Assembly: GCA_043745445.1 (NCBI GenBank)
Contig: JAYTSX010000239.1
Coordinates: 1 to 56,102, forward strand
Length of the DNA: 56,102 nucleotides
Direction: 5' to 3'
Source: Elusimicrobiota bacterium
Lineage (GTDB): Bacteria > Elusimicrobiota > Elusimicrobia > UBA1565 > UBA9628
Position 1 is the first letter of the stretch. Every line of letters begins with the position of its first letter. The position numbers were made by a program, and so were the translations under genes. This document shows, one piece after another, positions 11,802 through 19,967 of this stretch. The notes beneath the pieces are model-generated. The model had not been told where the DNA came from and made no database searches. It saw nothing but the letters and a program-made list of their open reading frames with translations.

Positions 11802-12646
11802 ACAAAAAGACCGTTTGGGTTGACGAGGTCTACCAGGGCATCGTTCGGACGAGCTTCAAGTTGAAGAAGCGGCTTTTTAAAGGCAAGAGTCCCTTCCAAA
11901 CCGTCGAGGTCGTGGAGACCGCCGGCCACGGGAAGCTTTTGCTGATCGACGGCATGACGATGGTGTCCGAACGCGATGAATTCGTCTACCATGAGATGAT
12001 CGCGCATCCTGCCTTGTTCCTGCACCCCAATCCTCGCCGCGTCCTCGTTATCGGCGGTGGTGATGGCGGCACCGTGCGCGAGGTCTTAAAGCACCGCTCC
12101 GTTGAGCGGTGTGTCCTTGTGGAAATCGATGGATTGGTGGTGGAGGCTTCGCGCAAGCACATCCCCCAAACCGCTGGCGCTCTTTGCGACACGCGCGCCC
12201 ATGTTCTCATCGACGACGGCGTGAAGTTCGTCGCGCAGACGAGCGAGACTTTCGACGTGGTGATTGTGGACTCGACCGAGCCGTTCGGACCGGCCGCCGA
12301 GTTGTTCGGCCCCACGTTTTACAAGAACGTAAAGAGAATCTTGACTGCGGACGGTGTCGTGGCGAGCCAGGCCGGCTCCCCCTTCTACGAAATCTCGACG
12401 ATCAAGAACCTATTCAAGATTACGACGAAGATCTTTCCCATCGTCGAGGTCTGTCTGTTCAACAATCTGACCTATCCGGGCGGTCTTTGGGCGTTTACCT
12501 TCGCCACGAAGGGGTTGCATCCGGTGAAAGATTTCCGTCCGGCGCGCGTGAAGGCTTCGAAAATCAAGCTGCGCTGGTATAACGCGGACATTCACGCCGC
12601 CTGTTTCGCGCTCCCGAACTTCCTGAGAGAAGCGATCGGCCGTTAG
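11798..12646 (+). CDS. speE: spermidine synthase (aminopropyltransferase)
   Basis: 282 aa. SPFQTVEVVET..GKLLLIDG, VIGGGDGGTVREV, VIVDSTEPFGPA. GTGA overlap with the AdoMetDC stop. Confidence 0.93.
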   Translation: MNKKTVWVDEVYQGIVRTSFKLKKRLFKGKSPFQTVEVVETAGHGKLLLIDGMTMVSERDEFVYHEMIAHPALFLHPNPRRVLVIGGGDGGTVREVLKHRSVERCVLVEIDGLVVEASRKHIPQTAGALCDTRAHVLIDDGVKFVAQTSETFDVVIVDSTEPFGPAAELFGPTFYKNVKRILTADGVVASQAGSPFYEISTIKNLFKITTKIFPIVEVCLFNNLTYPGGLWAFTFATKGLHPVKDFRPARVKASKIKLRWYNADIHAACFALPNFLREAIGR

Positions 12647-13158
12647 TTCGCGGGATCGGCGGTGAAGTATCCGCTCACGTTCGCGTACTGATTTATGAAG
12701 GCGAAGCCGGAGACGTACTGGCTGACGAACACCGTCCCGTTGAGCTGAACCGTGCCGGCGCGCTTGCCGTCGCGCGCGTACAAGGTCCCCCACCCGTTCA
12801 CCGACGCGGAACCGTTGACGAAGCCCGCGCCATTCTGGCAGGAGCCGTTCAGGAAGACATAGCCTGAGACGGGGACATAGCCGTGCGTGCCATCGGGCCC
12901 GTTGACGGACAGGTTTGCCGTCAGGTTCACCGAGCCGCTCATCCAGCCGGAGCCGTTCTGCGGCGCGCTGCACTGCATGAAGCCGGAGCCCGAGAGATAG
13001 CCCGTAGCCGAGACATACCCGGACGCGGACGCCACGGCGCGCGTCGCGGGAACTTCTCTCGCGATCGCGACCGGAACAGCCACAGCGGGAGCATCGGCGG
13101 GAAGCGGGGTTCCGATCTGGGAGGCGATGAGCGCGGCGGCGGCGAGGATATTGGTCAT
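12643..13158 (-). CDS. hypothetical secreted protein with short SG-aromatic repeats
   Basis: 171 aa. N-terminal hydrophobic signal, then reiterated (V/L)SG(Y/F/W) and NGS motifs (SGYVSATGYLSGSGFM..SGWMSGSV..VSGYVFLNGS..). No known family recognised. Confidence 0.5.
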   Translation of the reverse strand: MTNILAAAALIASQIGTPLPADAPAVAVPVAIAREVPATRAVASASGYVSATGYLSGSGFMQCSAPQNGSGWMSGSVNLTANLSVNGPDGTHGYVPVSGYVFLNGSCQNGAGFVNGSASVNGWGTLYARDGKRAGTVQLNGTVFVSQYVSGFAFINQYANVSGYFTADPAN

Positions 13159-13199
13159 GCGCCGATTCTACCCGAATGGCCCGGCACGAGTCCAGGTCT

Positions 13200-14054
13200 T
13201 TAGGGCCAGTTCGCAGGAATATTCAGTTTGGCGCGGAGGTCCTTCTCCATCGAGGTCATGCAGGTTTTGACCGATGCGGGCGCCAAGGCCGGGATCGTGA
13301 AGAACTCCCGCAGGCGCGTCCAGCCTTCCTGGGCGCGGCCCAGGGCCGCGTAGTCGTAGTACGTGGAGATCGCCAGGCCCAGGTATTCGCCGGCGTTTTT
13401 TTCAAGCTCGCCTTTAAGTCGGGCCATCGCCTTTTCCTTGCGGACGATCTCGGCCTTGAAGTACTCCGGGTGCTCCAAGGAGACATCCACGAAGCCGCCG
13501 ATTCGCGGCGCGTTTAAGGTGGTCCTGAAGGCGGAGCGAGAGATCGTGCCGAAGTCCTCGCAGCCCATCGAGAGGTAGCGGCCGAGCGGAAGCTCCCGCG
13601 CGGCTACGACCGCGCCGTCCTCGAAACGGTGGAAACGGCCCTCGGAGAACACCGCGACGCGTTCGATTTTAAAGCGCTTCCACCGTAGAATGTTGAGGTC
13701 GGTGGCGCCCAGAGAGGAGCGCGTCGCGCGATAGGCCAGGGCCATCGACCCGTCGTGGAACATGTCGGAAAATCGCCCGCCGGGCGAGGGGTCGAGTTCG
13801 AGACGCTCGACCGTTGACGGATGCGTGAAGCCCAGGTAGGCTCTGCCTTTGGCCACGACATAAACCTCGAGGCGGTCGCCGCCTCCGGCGGTCGGGGTAT
13901 AAATAACGGCGGATATGGACAGATCCCCTTTGGAGCCGGAGACGCGCTCCTTCACCGTGTAGCCTTTGGCGGCCCAGGCGGCGTCGGCGGAATCAAATGG
14001 ACTCGGCTCCGCCGCGGCGCAAGTCGCAAGGATGAGTGCCAGGACGAGCTTCAT
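13200..14054 (-). CDS. hypothetical secreted / possible lipoprotein
   Basis: Track ORF 13200-14327 trimmed to the internal ATG at 14054 (MKLVLALILATCAAAEP). This gives an ATGA overlap with the asd stop at 14051. No recognisable domain. Confidence 0.55.
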   Translation of the reverse strand: MKLVLALILATCAAAEPSPFDSADAAWAAKGYTVKERVSGSKGDLSISAVIYTPTAGGGDRLEVYVVAKGRAYLGFTHPSTVERLELDPSPGGRFSDMFHDGSMALAYRATRSSLGATDLNILRWKRFKIERVAVFSEGRFHRFEDGAVVAARELPLGRYLSMGCEDFGTISRSAFRTTLNAPRIGGFVDVSLEHPEYFKAEIVRKEKAMARLKGELEKNAGEYLGLAISTYYDYAALGRAQEGWTRLREFFTIPALAPASVKTCMTSMEKDLRAKLNIPANWP

Positions 14055-15103
14055 TTCCGGGGCTTGAGCCAGCCGCGGCGGCGTAGCTCTTCGGCGACCT
14101 GCACCGAGTTCAAGGCGGCACCCTTGAGGAGGTTGTCGGACACGACCCAGAGAGCCAATTCGTTGGGTGAAGCGCCGCGGCGCAGGCGGCCGGCATACAC
14201 CGGACCTTTGCCCCCCGTCGCGCGAGGGGTTGGGTAGTCGCCGTCGCGGGATAGCACGAGCCCAGGGGTTTTCGCGAGAAGCGCGCGGGCGCGGGCCAAA
14301 GTGATCGGACGCGCCAAGGTCAGCCATGCGGCCAGAGCGTGGCCGCGGATCGTGGGCACACGCACGGTGGTGGCGGAGACTTTCAGACGCGGCGCGGACC
14401 AGATTTTACGCAGCTCGGCGGCCACCTTGGTTTCTTCGGTGGAATAGCCGTCGGCGCCGAAACGGCCGACCTGGGGGATGACGTTATAGGCGATCGTGCG
14501 CGGGAGAATGGTGGAAGTTCCGGCGGAGAGGACCGGGGCGCGTCCGCTTAATTCCGGCCGGAGACCGGACAGCGCCGAGTATTGAGACAGCAGTTCGCCG
14601 AGTGCGGCCTTACCGGCGCCGGAGACGGCCTGGTAGGAGGCTAAGCGGACCTCACGCACTCCGATAGTGCGATGCAGAAGGGCGCCCGCGACGGCAAGTC
14701 CCGTCATCGTGCAATTCGGACCGGCGATCAAACGGCGGTCCTGCGTCAGCGCCGAGCTGTTCACCTCGGGAATGACCAACGGAACGGATTTATTTAATCG
14801 GTATGCCGCGCTGTCGTCGATCGTCCAGACGCCGAGTTTGGAAAGTGTGGGAGCAAGCTTCAGCGCGACCTCGTCTGAGCTAACGAGGAAAACGAGATCA
14901 CAGGAGCTCAGCGCGGCGAGTGTGACCCCCGGCGCGGAAAGCGGTCGGTTTCGAAAACGCACCGACGACGCGGTTCGTCCCGACGAGAACGGACGAAGCT
15001 CGCTGACGGGAAAACGACGGGACTCAAGGAGCGCGACGAGCTCTCGGCCGACCATGCCGGTGGCGCCGACGACGCCGACGACGAGCCCGTCAGCGCGGCG
15101 CAT
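14051..15103 (-). CDS. asd: aspartate-semialdehyde dehydrogenase
   Basis: 350 aa. VGVVGATGMVGRELV NAD(P) fold, active-site GPNCT, SYQAVSGAG. Confidence 0.93.
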   Translation of the reverse strand: MRRADGLVVGVVGATGMVGRELVALLESRRFPVSELRPFSSGRTASSVRFRNRPLSAPGVTLAALSSCDLVFLVSSDEVALKLAPTLSKLGVWTIDDSAAYRLNKSVPLVIPEVNSSALTQDRRLIAGPNCTMTGLAVAGALLHRTIGVREVRLASYQAVSGAGKAALGELLSQYSALSGLRPELSGRAPVLSAGTSTILPRTIAYNVIPQVGRFGADGYSTEETKVAAELRKIWSAPRLKVSATTVRVPTIRGHALAAWLTLARPITLARARALLAKTPGLVLSRDGDYPTPRATGGKGPVYAGRLRRGASPNELALWVVSDNLLKGAALNSVQVAEELRRRGWLKPRK

Positions 15104-16088
15104 ACGGAATCATAAACCCCTCGGAGATTCCAAGCGCTCCGGAGATGTCGCGCGCGACACCGCGCACGAAAGAGCCCGGCGCCGGGGATTTTTCGGGCGG
15201 CAGGGAGAACATGTAGGGAGGCTTACGCTGAAGGCGGGAAATGCGCTGCCACTCGAGCTGGTCGCGGGACGCCTCCACCCAGGCCTCGGAGACGTCTTCC
15301 CCGGCGGCGGAGAAGCGCACGATCACGCGCTTGCCCGCACGCGCGACGCTGAAATCGGCGACGGACACGGCGGGCTCGTCAGGTCCAGGAGGCACGAGTT
15401 TGATGGCGATCGCTGGTGCCAATGTGTTGAGCGGGGTTTCGAGGGAGGCCCCGCGCGCACGCGGCGGCACGCCTTGAATCGAGCGATTAAGCCACGCCCG
15501 GGTCTCCCCCCCCGGCTCGTCGAGATCAGTCGCGGCCAGGATCGGCGCGCTGGAGGCCTTTGTGAAATAATTCGTCGGAGACCACACGATCAGATAATTG
15601 GGTCCGGTGAAGCTGATCTGAGCCAGCGGTACTTCCGCCCAGAACCATTCTCCGGCCCCGACGCCATCGACACGCGCTTGCGGGTCAGCTTCGGCGGGAA
15701 TGTCCCGGGTTTCGGCGAGGAAAAAACTTTGCTCGGAGGTCCACGCGGGTGAAGGAGAAATGCCCGCATACACCTTCCCGGGAATCGTCTCGCGCAGCCA
15801 CGGCTTGTCCGGCACGGGCCGCGTTTTAGCGCGCCCGAGCTTCGCGCCAATGAAAGCGTGCGGGAAATCTCCGGCGGGCGCCGGCGGCAACTTCACGATC
15901 CATGCATTGTTAAATCCAACATACCAGTTCGCGTCGGGCCCTCCGTCCGCGAATCGGCCGTACTCATGCAGGCTTGGCGCCAACGTGACGATCGTGGGAA
16001 CGATCGAGCTCGTGGAAAAAGAGGTCGGCAGGCCGTCAGCCGCGGCCGCGCTCAGCGCTGCGATTAAAGTTAAATATGAAATTATCAT
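15090..16088 (-). CDS. hypothetical secreted protein
   Basis: 332 aa. N-terminal signal (MIISYLTLIAALSAAAADG). Start overlaps the parB stop by 1 nt (TAATG); the 3' end overlaps the asd start by 14 nt. No recognisable domain. Confidence 0.55.
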   Translation of the reverse strand: MIISYLTLIAALSAAAADGLPTSFSTSSIVPTIVTLAPSLHEYGRFADGGPDANWYVGFNNAWIVKLPPAPAGDFPHAFIGAKLGRAKTRPVPDKPWLRETIPGKVYAGISPSPAWTSEQSFFLAETRDIPAEADPQARVDGVGAGEWFWAEVPLAQISFTGPNYLIVWSPTNYFTKASSAPILAATDLDEPGGETRAWLNRSIQGVPPRARGASLETPLNTLAPAIAIKLVPPGPDEPAVSVADFSVARAGKRVIVRFSAAGEDVSEAWVEASRDQLEWQRISRLQRKPPYMFSLPPEKSPAPGSFVRGVARDISGALGISEGFMIPYAPR

Positions 16089-16993
16089 TATTTTCTAAGC
16101 ACTTTTAATATGCGGTCAAAATCTTCGAAAGAGAAAAATGAGATTTGGATGGAGCCCTTCGAAGGGATTTTTTTCGTGCGAATGACAACCTTGGTGCCGA
16201 GCACCTGTTGCAGAGATTCCTCGAGGGAGCGAAGATCCGCCGACTTGGCTTCCGGGCGCTTCTCCTTGACCGTTGAATCTGAGACAAGGGGACCAGCCTC
16301 CATTTCGCGCGCTAGGGCCTCGGTCTCGCGAACGGATAATTTGTTGGCGACCAATTTTTGAAAGACCGCATGGCGAAGATTGGGGTCCGTAATTGTCAGC
16401 AGCGCGCGGCCGTGACCTTCGCTGACCTGGCCATATTGGAGCGCCTTTTGAATCTCGTCAGACAGGTCCAACAAGCGCAAAGTATTAGAAATCGTCGCCT
16501 TGGATTTACCGACCTCTTCAGCGAGTTCGGTTTGGTTGATCCCGAACTCCTTCATAAGGCGCAGATAGCCGAGCGCGACTTCGATCGGATTAAGGTCCGC
16601 GCGCTGTAGATTTTCAATGAGGGTCAGGGCCATGCGGTGCTTTTCGTCACGAGGCTCGCGGACCACTACGTCGATCTCATGGAGCCCGGCCAGTTGGGTG
16701 GCGCGCCAACGGCGCTCGCCAGCGATCAGCTCATAAGAGCGGGTGGCCAGGTCGAAAGAGACGACGATGGGTTGGGCGAGGCCATGTTGTCTGATAGAGG
16801 TTGCGAGCTCGGTCAGGGCCTCCGGCTCGAAGTGACGCCGGGGTTGGAGATGGTTGGGCCGAATTTTCTCGACAGGGACCCTTAGTATCCCCCCTTCGAC
16901 CGTGGAAGTGGTGCCGGCGATCGCAGTGGGAATCGGTGCGGGGGAGGTCGGAATTAGGGCCGAAAGGCCGCGACCGAGTGCTTTGCGCATCAT
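16088..16993 (-). CDS. parB: chromosome partitioning protein ParB/Spo0J
   Basis: 301 aa. ParB box GLAQPIVV...YELIAGERRWRA, HTH (NQTELAEEVGKSKATISNTLRLL). Confidence 0.95.
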   Translation of the reverse strand: MMRKALGRGLSALIPTSPAPIPTAIAGTTSTVEGGILRVPVEKIRPNHLQPRRHFEPEALTELATSIRQHGLAQPIVVSFDLATRSYELIAGERRWRATQLAGLHEIDVVVREPRDEKHRMALTLIENLQRADLNPIEVALGYLRLMKEFGINQTELAEEVGKSKATISNTLRLLDLSDEIQKALQYGQVSEGHGRALLTITDPNLRHAVFQKLVANKLSVRETEALAREMEAGPLVSDSTVKEKRPEAKSADLRSLEESLQQVLGTKVVIRTKKIPSKGSIQISFFSFEDFDRILKVLRK

Positions 16994-17805
16994 GCTGGAT
17001 TCTCCGTGGTTTCATTGAGCGCTGGTGCGGGAGGCGTGGAGAGCCCTCGCCGGGACAAAAATTCCCGGGCGAAGGCCATATACGCTTCGGCGCCCTTCGA
17101 TTTGGCGTCATACTGAAAAATGCTTTGCCCGAACCCCGGCGCCTCTGCCAGGCGAATATTGCGGGGGATGATGGACTGGAACATCTTGGGACCAAAGAAC
17201 TTGGCCACCTCTTCTTTGACCTGGTTGGACAGGGTCATGCGAGAGTCAAACATCGTCAAGACCCCCCCCTCCGTCTCGAGCTTCGGGTTCAAAGCGCCTT
17301 TCACTCTATCCACAGCCCCTGTGAATTGGGCTAATCCTTCCATGGAGTAGTATTCTCCTTGGATCGGGATTATAATTTTATCGGCGGCATTGAGGGCGTT
17401 AACAGTCAAAAGTCCCAAGGACGGTGGGCAGTCGATGACCACAAAGGCGAAACGATTTTTGACCGCCGAAAGGGCCCCTTTTAGGCGGCTTTCACGCGCC
17501 AAGGCCGAAACAAGCTCGATTTCAGCCCCCGCCAGGTCGTTGTTTGCCCCCGCCGCCGACAACTTTGGAAGTAGAGACTGCTTGATGGTCTTTTCCAATG
17601 GGAGGAGGTCAACGAGAACATCGTAGATGTTTGGGTCAAATTCATGCTTGTTGAAGCCAACCCCGGAGGTCGCGTTGCCCTGGGGATCCATATCAATAAG
17701 AAGCGTTTCGTGGCCCAAAACGGCCAAAGCAGAGGCCAAATTGACAGCGGTGGTGGTTTTCCCCACCCCCCCCTTCTGGTTTGCGATCGCTATTATTTCA
17801 GCCAT
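16990..17805 (-). CDS. parA: chromosome partitioning ATPase ParA/Soj
   Basis: Track ORF extends to 17898 (TTG). I prefer the ATG at 17805 (MAEIIAIANQKGGVGKTTTAVNLA, deviant Walker A). The upstream extension just translates the two direct repeats. 4-nt overlap with parB. Confidence 0.9.
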   Translation of the reverse strand: MAEIIAIANQKGGVGKTTTAVNLASALAVLGHETLLIDMDPQGNATSGVGFNKHEFDPNIYDVLVDLLPLEKTIKQSLLPKLSAAGANNDLAGAEIELVSALARESRLKGALSAVKNRFAFVVIDCPPSLGLLTVNALNAADKIIIPIQGEYYSMEGLAQFTGAVDRVKGALNPKLETEGGVLTMFDSRMTLSNQVKEEVAKFFGPKMFQSIIPRNIRLAEAPGFGQSIFQYDAKSKGAEAYMAFAREFLSRRGLSTPPAPALNETTENPA

Positions 17806-17808
17806 ATC

Positions 17809-17862
17809 GTGTTTACTCGTGAAAACTCGTTTTTTGACCCAACAGTGTTTACTCGTGAAAAC
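17809..17862. repeat. two identical 18-bp direct repeats GTGTTTACTCGTGAAAAC (17809-17826, 17845-17862), parS-like
   Basis: Read directly; 36-bp periodicity. The first copy lies 3 nt upstream of the parA ATG. On the parA-sense strand it reads GTTTTCACGAGTAAACAC, which resembles the parS consensus TGTTTCACGTGAAACA with a 1-nt insertion and a substitution. Confidence 0.8.
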
Positions 17863-18025
17863 CTTATTAATACTAGCATGTGGCTGCAAAATTGTCAATA
17901 CTACACCATATTGCTGACTGGTATCTTTACAGACTGTTCAGTGCTTTTAAGTTGTGTTTGTTAACATGTTGTTTTAAGGAGGGGGAGGACTGGACAGCTT
18001 TGGGCATTTATCTTACACTCAGCCC

Positions 18026-19375
18026 ATGAACAATGCCTCGTCTCTGCTGGCCGCTATCAAGAAGGGCAAATTCCATACGGTGATCCTCGCGATGCCCGAT
18101 ATGCAGGGCCGATGGATCGGGAAGCGGTTCACCGCCCGGCACTTCGCGAAATCGGTGGTGAAGCACGGGACGCACGCCTGCGCCTATCTGCTCACGGTGG
18201 ACATGGAAATGGATCCGGTGCCCGGCTTTGCGCTGACGAGCTGGGACAAAGGCTACCAAGACTTTGCGCTCATGCCCGATTTCTCGACGTGGCGGGGCCT
18301 GGCCTGGCTGCCCGGGACCGCACTCGTCGTCGCCGATGTGATGGACGCCAAGCACGAGCATCCGATCAAGGTTTCGCCGCGGCAAATCCTGAAAGATCAG
18401 GTCGCGCGCGCGGCGACGAAAGGCTGGTCGCTTAAAATGGCGACCGAACTTGAGTTCTATCTGCTGCGGGAAACCTACGAGTCGGCGCAGAAGAAGAACT
18501 GGACCGGCCTCGAGCATTTCGGCACCTACATCGAGGACTATCACATACTCCAGGGCACTCGCGAGGAGCCGGTGGTGGGGGACATTCGCAATCTCATGGA
18601 AGCCTCCGGCGTGCCGATTGAGAACTCGAAGGGCGAGTGGGGCCCCGGGCAGCATGAGATCAATCTCGAATACTCCGATCCAGTCCAAATGGCCGACCTC
18701 CATACCGTGTACAAGCACGGCGCCAAGGAGATCGCCATGCAGAAAGGCGCCGCGCTGACCTTCATGGCGAAATACAGCGACAAGCTTGCGGGCTCTTCGT
18801 GTCACATCCACGCGAGTCTGTGGGATAAAGCCGGCCGGCGCTCGATGTTCTCGTCGGGAGGAAAGCCCACGAAGGAGTTTCGGTGGTTTCTGGGCGGCGC
18901 AATGTCTCTGGCGCGCGAGTTTTCACTCTTCTTTGCCCCCACAATTAACTCCTATAAAAGGTACCAGGCCGCGACCTTCGCGCCGACGCGCATCGCTTGG
19001 GCGCGCGACAACCGGACGTGCGGCTTTCGCGTAGTCGGGGAGGGGGACTCCCTGCGCATTGAAAACCGCATTCCCGGAGCCGACGCCAACCCGTATCTGG
19101 CGCTGGCCGCCACCATCGCCGCGGGCCTGTACGGCATCGAGAAAAAAATCGATCCGCCGGCGGAGCTGGCGGGGGACGCCTATAAAGCAAAGGTGTCGCC
19201 GGTGCCAAAAACCTTGCACGAAGCGATCGGACTTTTCGAGAAGTCCAACGCAGCCCGCGCCGCCTTCGGCGACGAGGTGTTCGAGCATTATCTTCACGCC
19301 GCCAAGGCCGAGCAGGCTGCCTCCGACCGGGCGGTCACGGACTGGGAGCGCGGCCGATACTTCGAGCGTGTGTGA
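18026..19375 (+). CDS. glutamine synthetase family protein (GlnA3/PuuA-like gamma-glutamyl-amine ligase type)
   Basis: 449 aa. GS catalytic blocks (ELEFYL, KGEWGPGQHEINL, GSSCHIHASLW, NSYKRY, R.ENRIPGADANPYLA). Lacks the adenylylation-loop context of classical GlnA. Confidence 0.85.
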   Translation: MNNASSLLAAIKKGKFHTVILAMPDMQGRWIGKRFTARHFAKSVVKHGTHACAYLLTVDMEMDPVPGFALTSWDKGYQDFALMPDFSTWRGLAWLPGTALVVADVMDAKHEHPIKVSPRQILKDQVARAATKGWSLKMATELEFYLLRETYESAQKKNWTGLEHFGTYIEDYHILQGTREEPVVGDIRNLMEASGVPIENSKGEWGPGQHEINLEYSDPVQMADLHTVYKHGAKEIAMQKGAALTFMAKYSDKLAGSSCHIHASLWDKAGRRSMFSSGGKPTKEFRWFLGGAMSLAREFSLFFAPTINSYKRYQAATFAPTRIAWARDNRTCGFRVVGEGDSLRIENRIPGADANPYLALAATIAAGLYGIEKKIDPPAELAGDAYKAKVSPVPKTLHEAIGLFEKSNAARAAFGDEVFEHYLHAAKAEQAASDRAVTDWERGRYFERV

Positions 19376-19446
19376 GACAAGTGAACTTTCGCGCAGGCCG
19401 TCCGTATGATAAGGAGGAATGCCGGGAAATCGGCCAAGGGGGAAGA

Positions 19447-19887
19447 ATGAACAAGATGAACTGGGCTTTGCTGGTTATGATTTTGATGGTGTCTGTTACC
19501 GCCCGTGCCGGCGATCCTGCGACCGATGACACGAGCGGCGACGGCGTGCAGAAGCAGGAAGGGGAGAAGCCCGGTCTAGAAAAGAAGGGTGAGCGGCTCG
19601 AGAAGCAGGGCGAGCGCAAGGAAAAGAAGGGCGAACGCATGGAAAATCAGGGTGAGCGGCGTGAAAAGCGCGGCGACAAACTTGACGAGCAGGGTGAGCG
19701 TATGCAGGAGCGCGGGGAGAAGCTCCAGGAAAAGGCCGATAAACTTGAGGGCGAAGGCAAGGAAAAGGCCGCGGATCGGGTAGAGAAAAAGGGCGAGCGC
19801 ATGGAAAAACAGGGCGAGCGCAGCGAGCGCCGGGGTGAGCGCCGCGAGAAACGCGGTGAGAACATGCAGCGCCGCGGCCGCCGCTAA
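19447..19887 (+). CDS. secreted, highly charged heptad-repeat protein
   Basis: Internal ATG of track ORF 19372-19887, preceded by GGGGGAAG. Signal peptide MNKMNWALLVMILMVSVTARAGD, then about 14 tandem heptads of type E-K-x-G-E-R-x. Confidence 0.7.
   Translation: MNKMNWALLVMILMVSVTARAGDPATDDTSGDGVQKQEGEKPGLEKKGERLEKQGERKEKKGERMENQGERREKRGDKLDEQGERMQERGEKLQEKADKLEGEGKEKAADRVEKKGERMEKQGERSERRGERREKRGENMQRRGRR
19579..19884 (+). repeat. degenerate 21-bp in-frame tandem repeat (coding heptads)
   Basis: GAGAAGCAGGGCGAGCGCAAG-like units reiterated; one 15-bp irregular unit (AADRV). Confidence 0.8.
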
Positions 19888-19912
19888 ATAGACGCACGAA
19901 TCACGAATGGGG

Positions 19913-19940
19913 GGCGCCTTTCCCGCAGGGGGAAGGCGCC
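19913..19940 (+). terminator. putative intrinsic terminator hairpin
   Basis: GGCGCCTT(tccc gca gggg)AAGGCGCC stem-loop 26 nt after the stop, followed by a pyrimidine/T-containing tail. Confidence 0.45.
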
Positions 19941-19967
19941 CTCTCCGTTCTTGCTACAATTCGAACG

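Noticed and set aside
14667-15752. 361-aa + ORF
   Set aside because: Antisense to asd and the adjacent secreted-protein gene. Arg-rich junk composition.
17991-18006. Sigma54-type promoter (TGG-N10-GC spacing: TGGACAGCTTTGGGCA) upstream of the GS-like gene
   Set aside because: Only the GG and GC dinucleotides and their spacing match; the rest of the -24/-12 consensus does not. Such a match is expected by chance in GC-rich DNA, and it would leave a leader of only about 10 nt.
19579-19884. Regular 21-bp tandem repeats considered as a possible CRISPR-like or non-coding array
   Set aside because: There are no unique spacers. The repeats are contiguous, in frame, and encode a coherent heptad protein behind a signal peptide.
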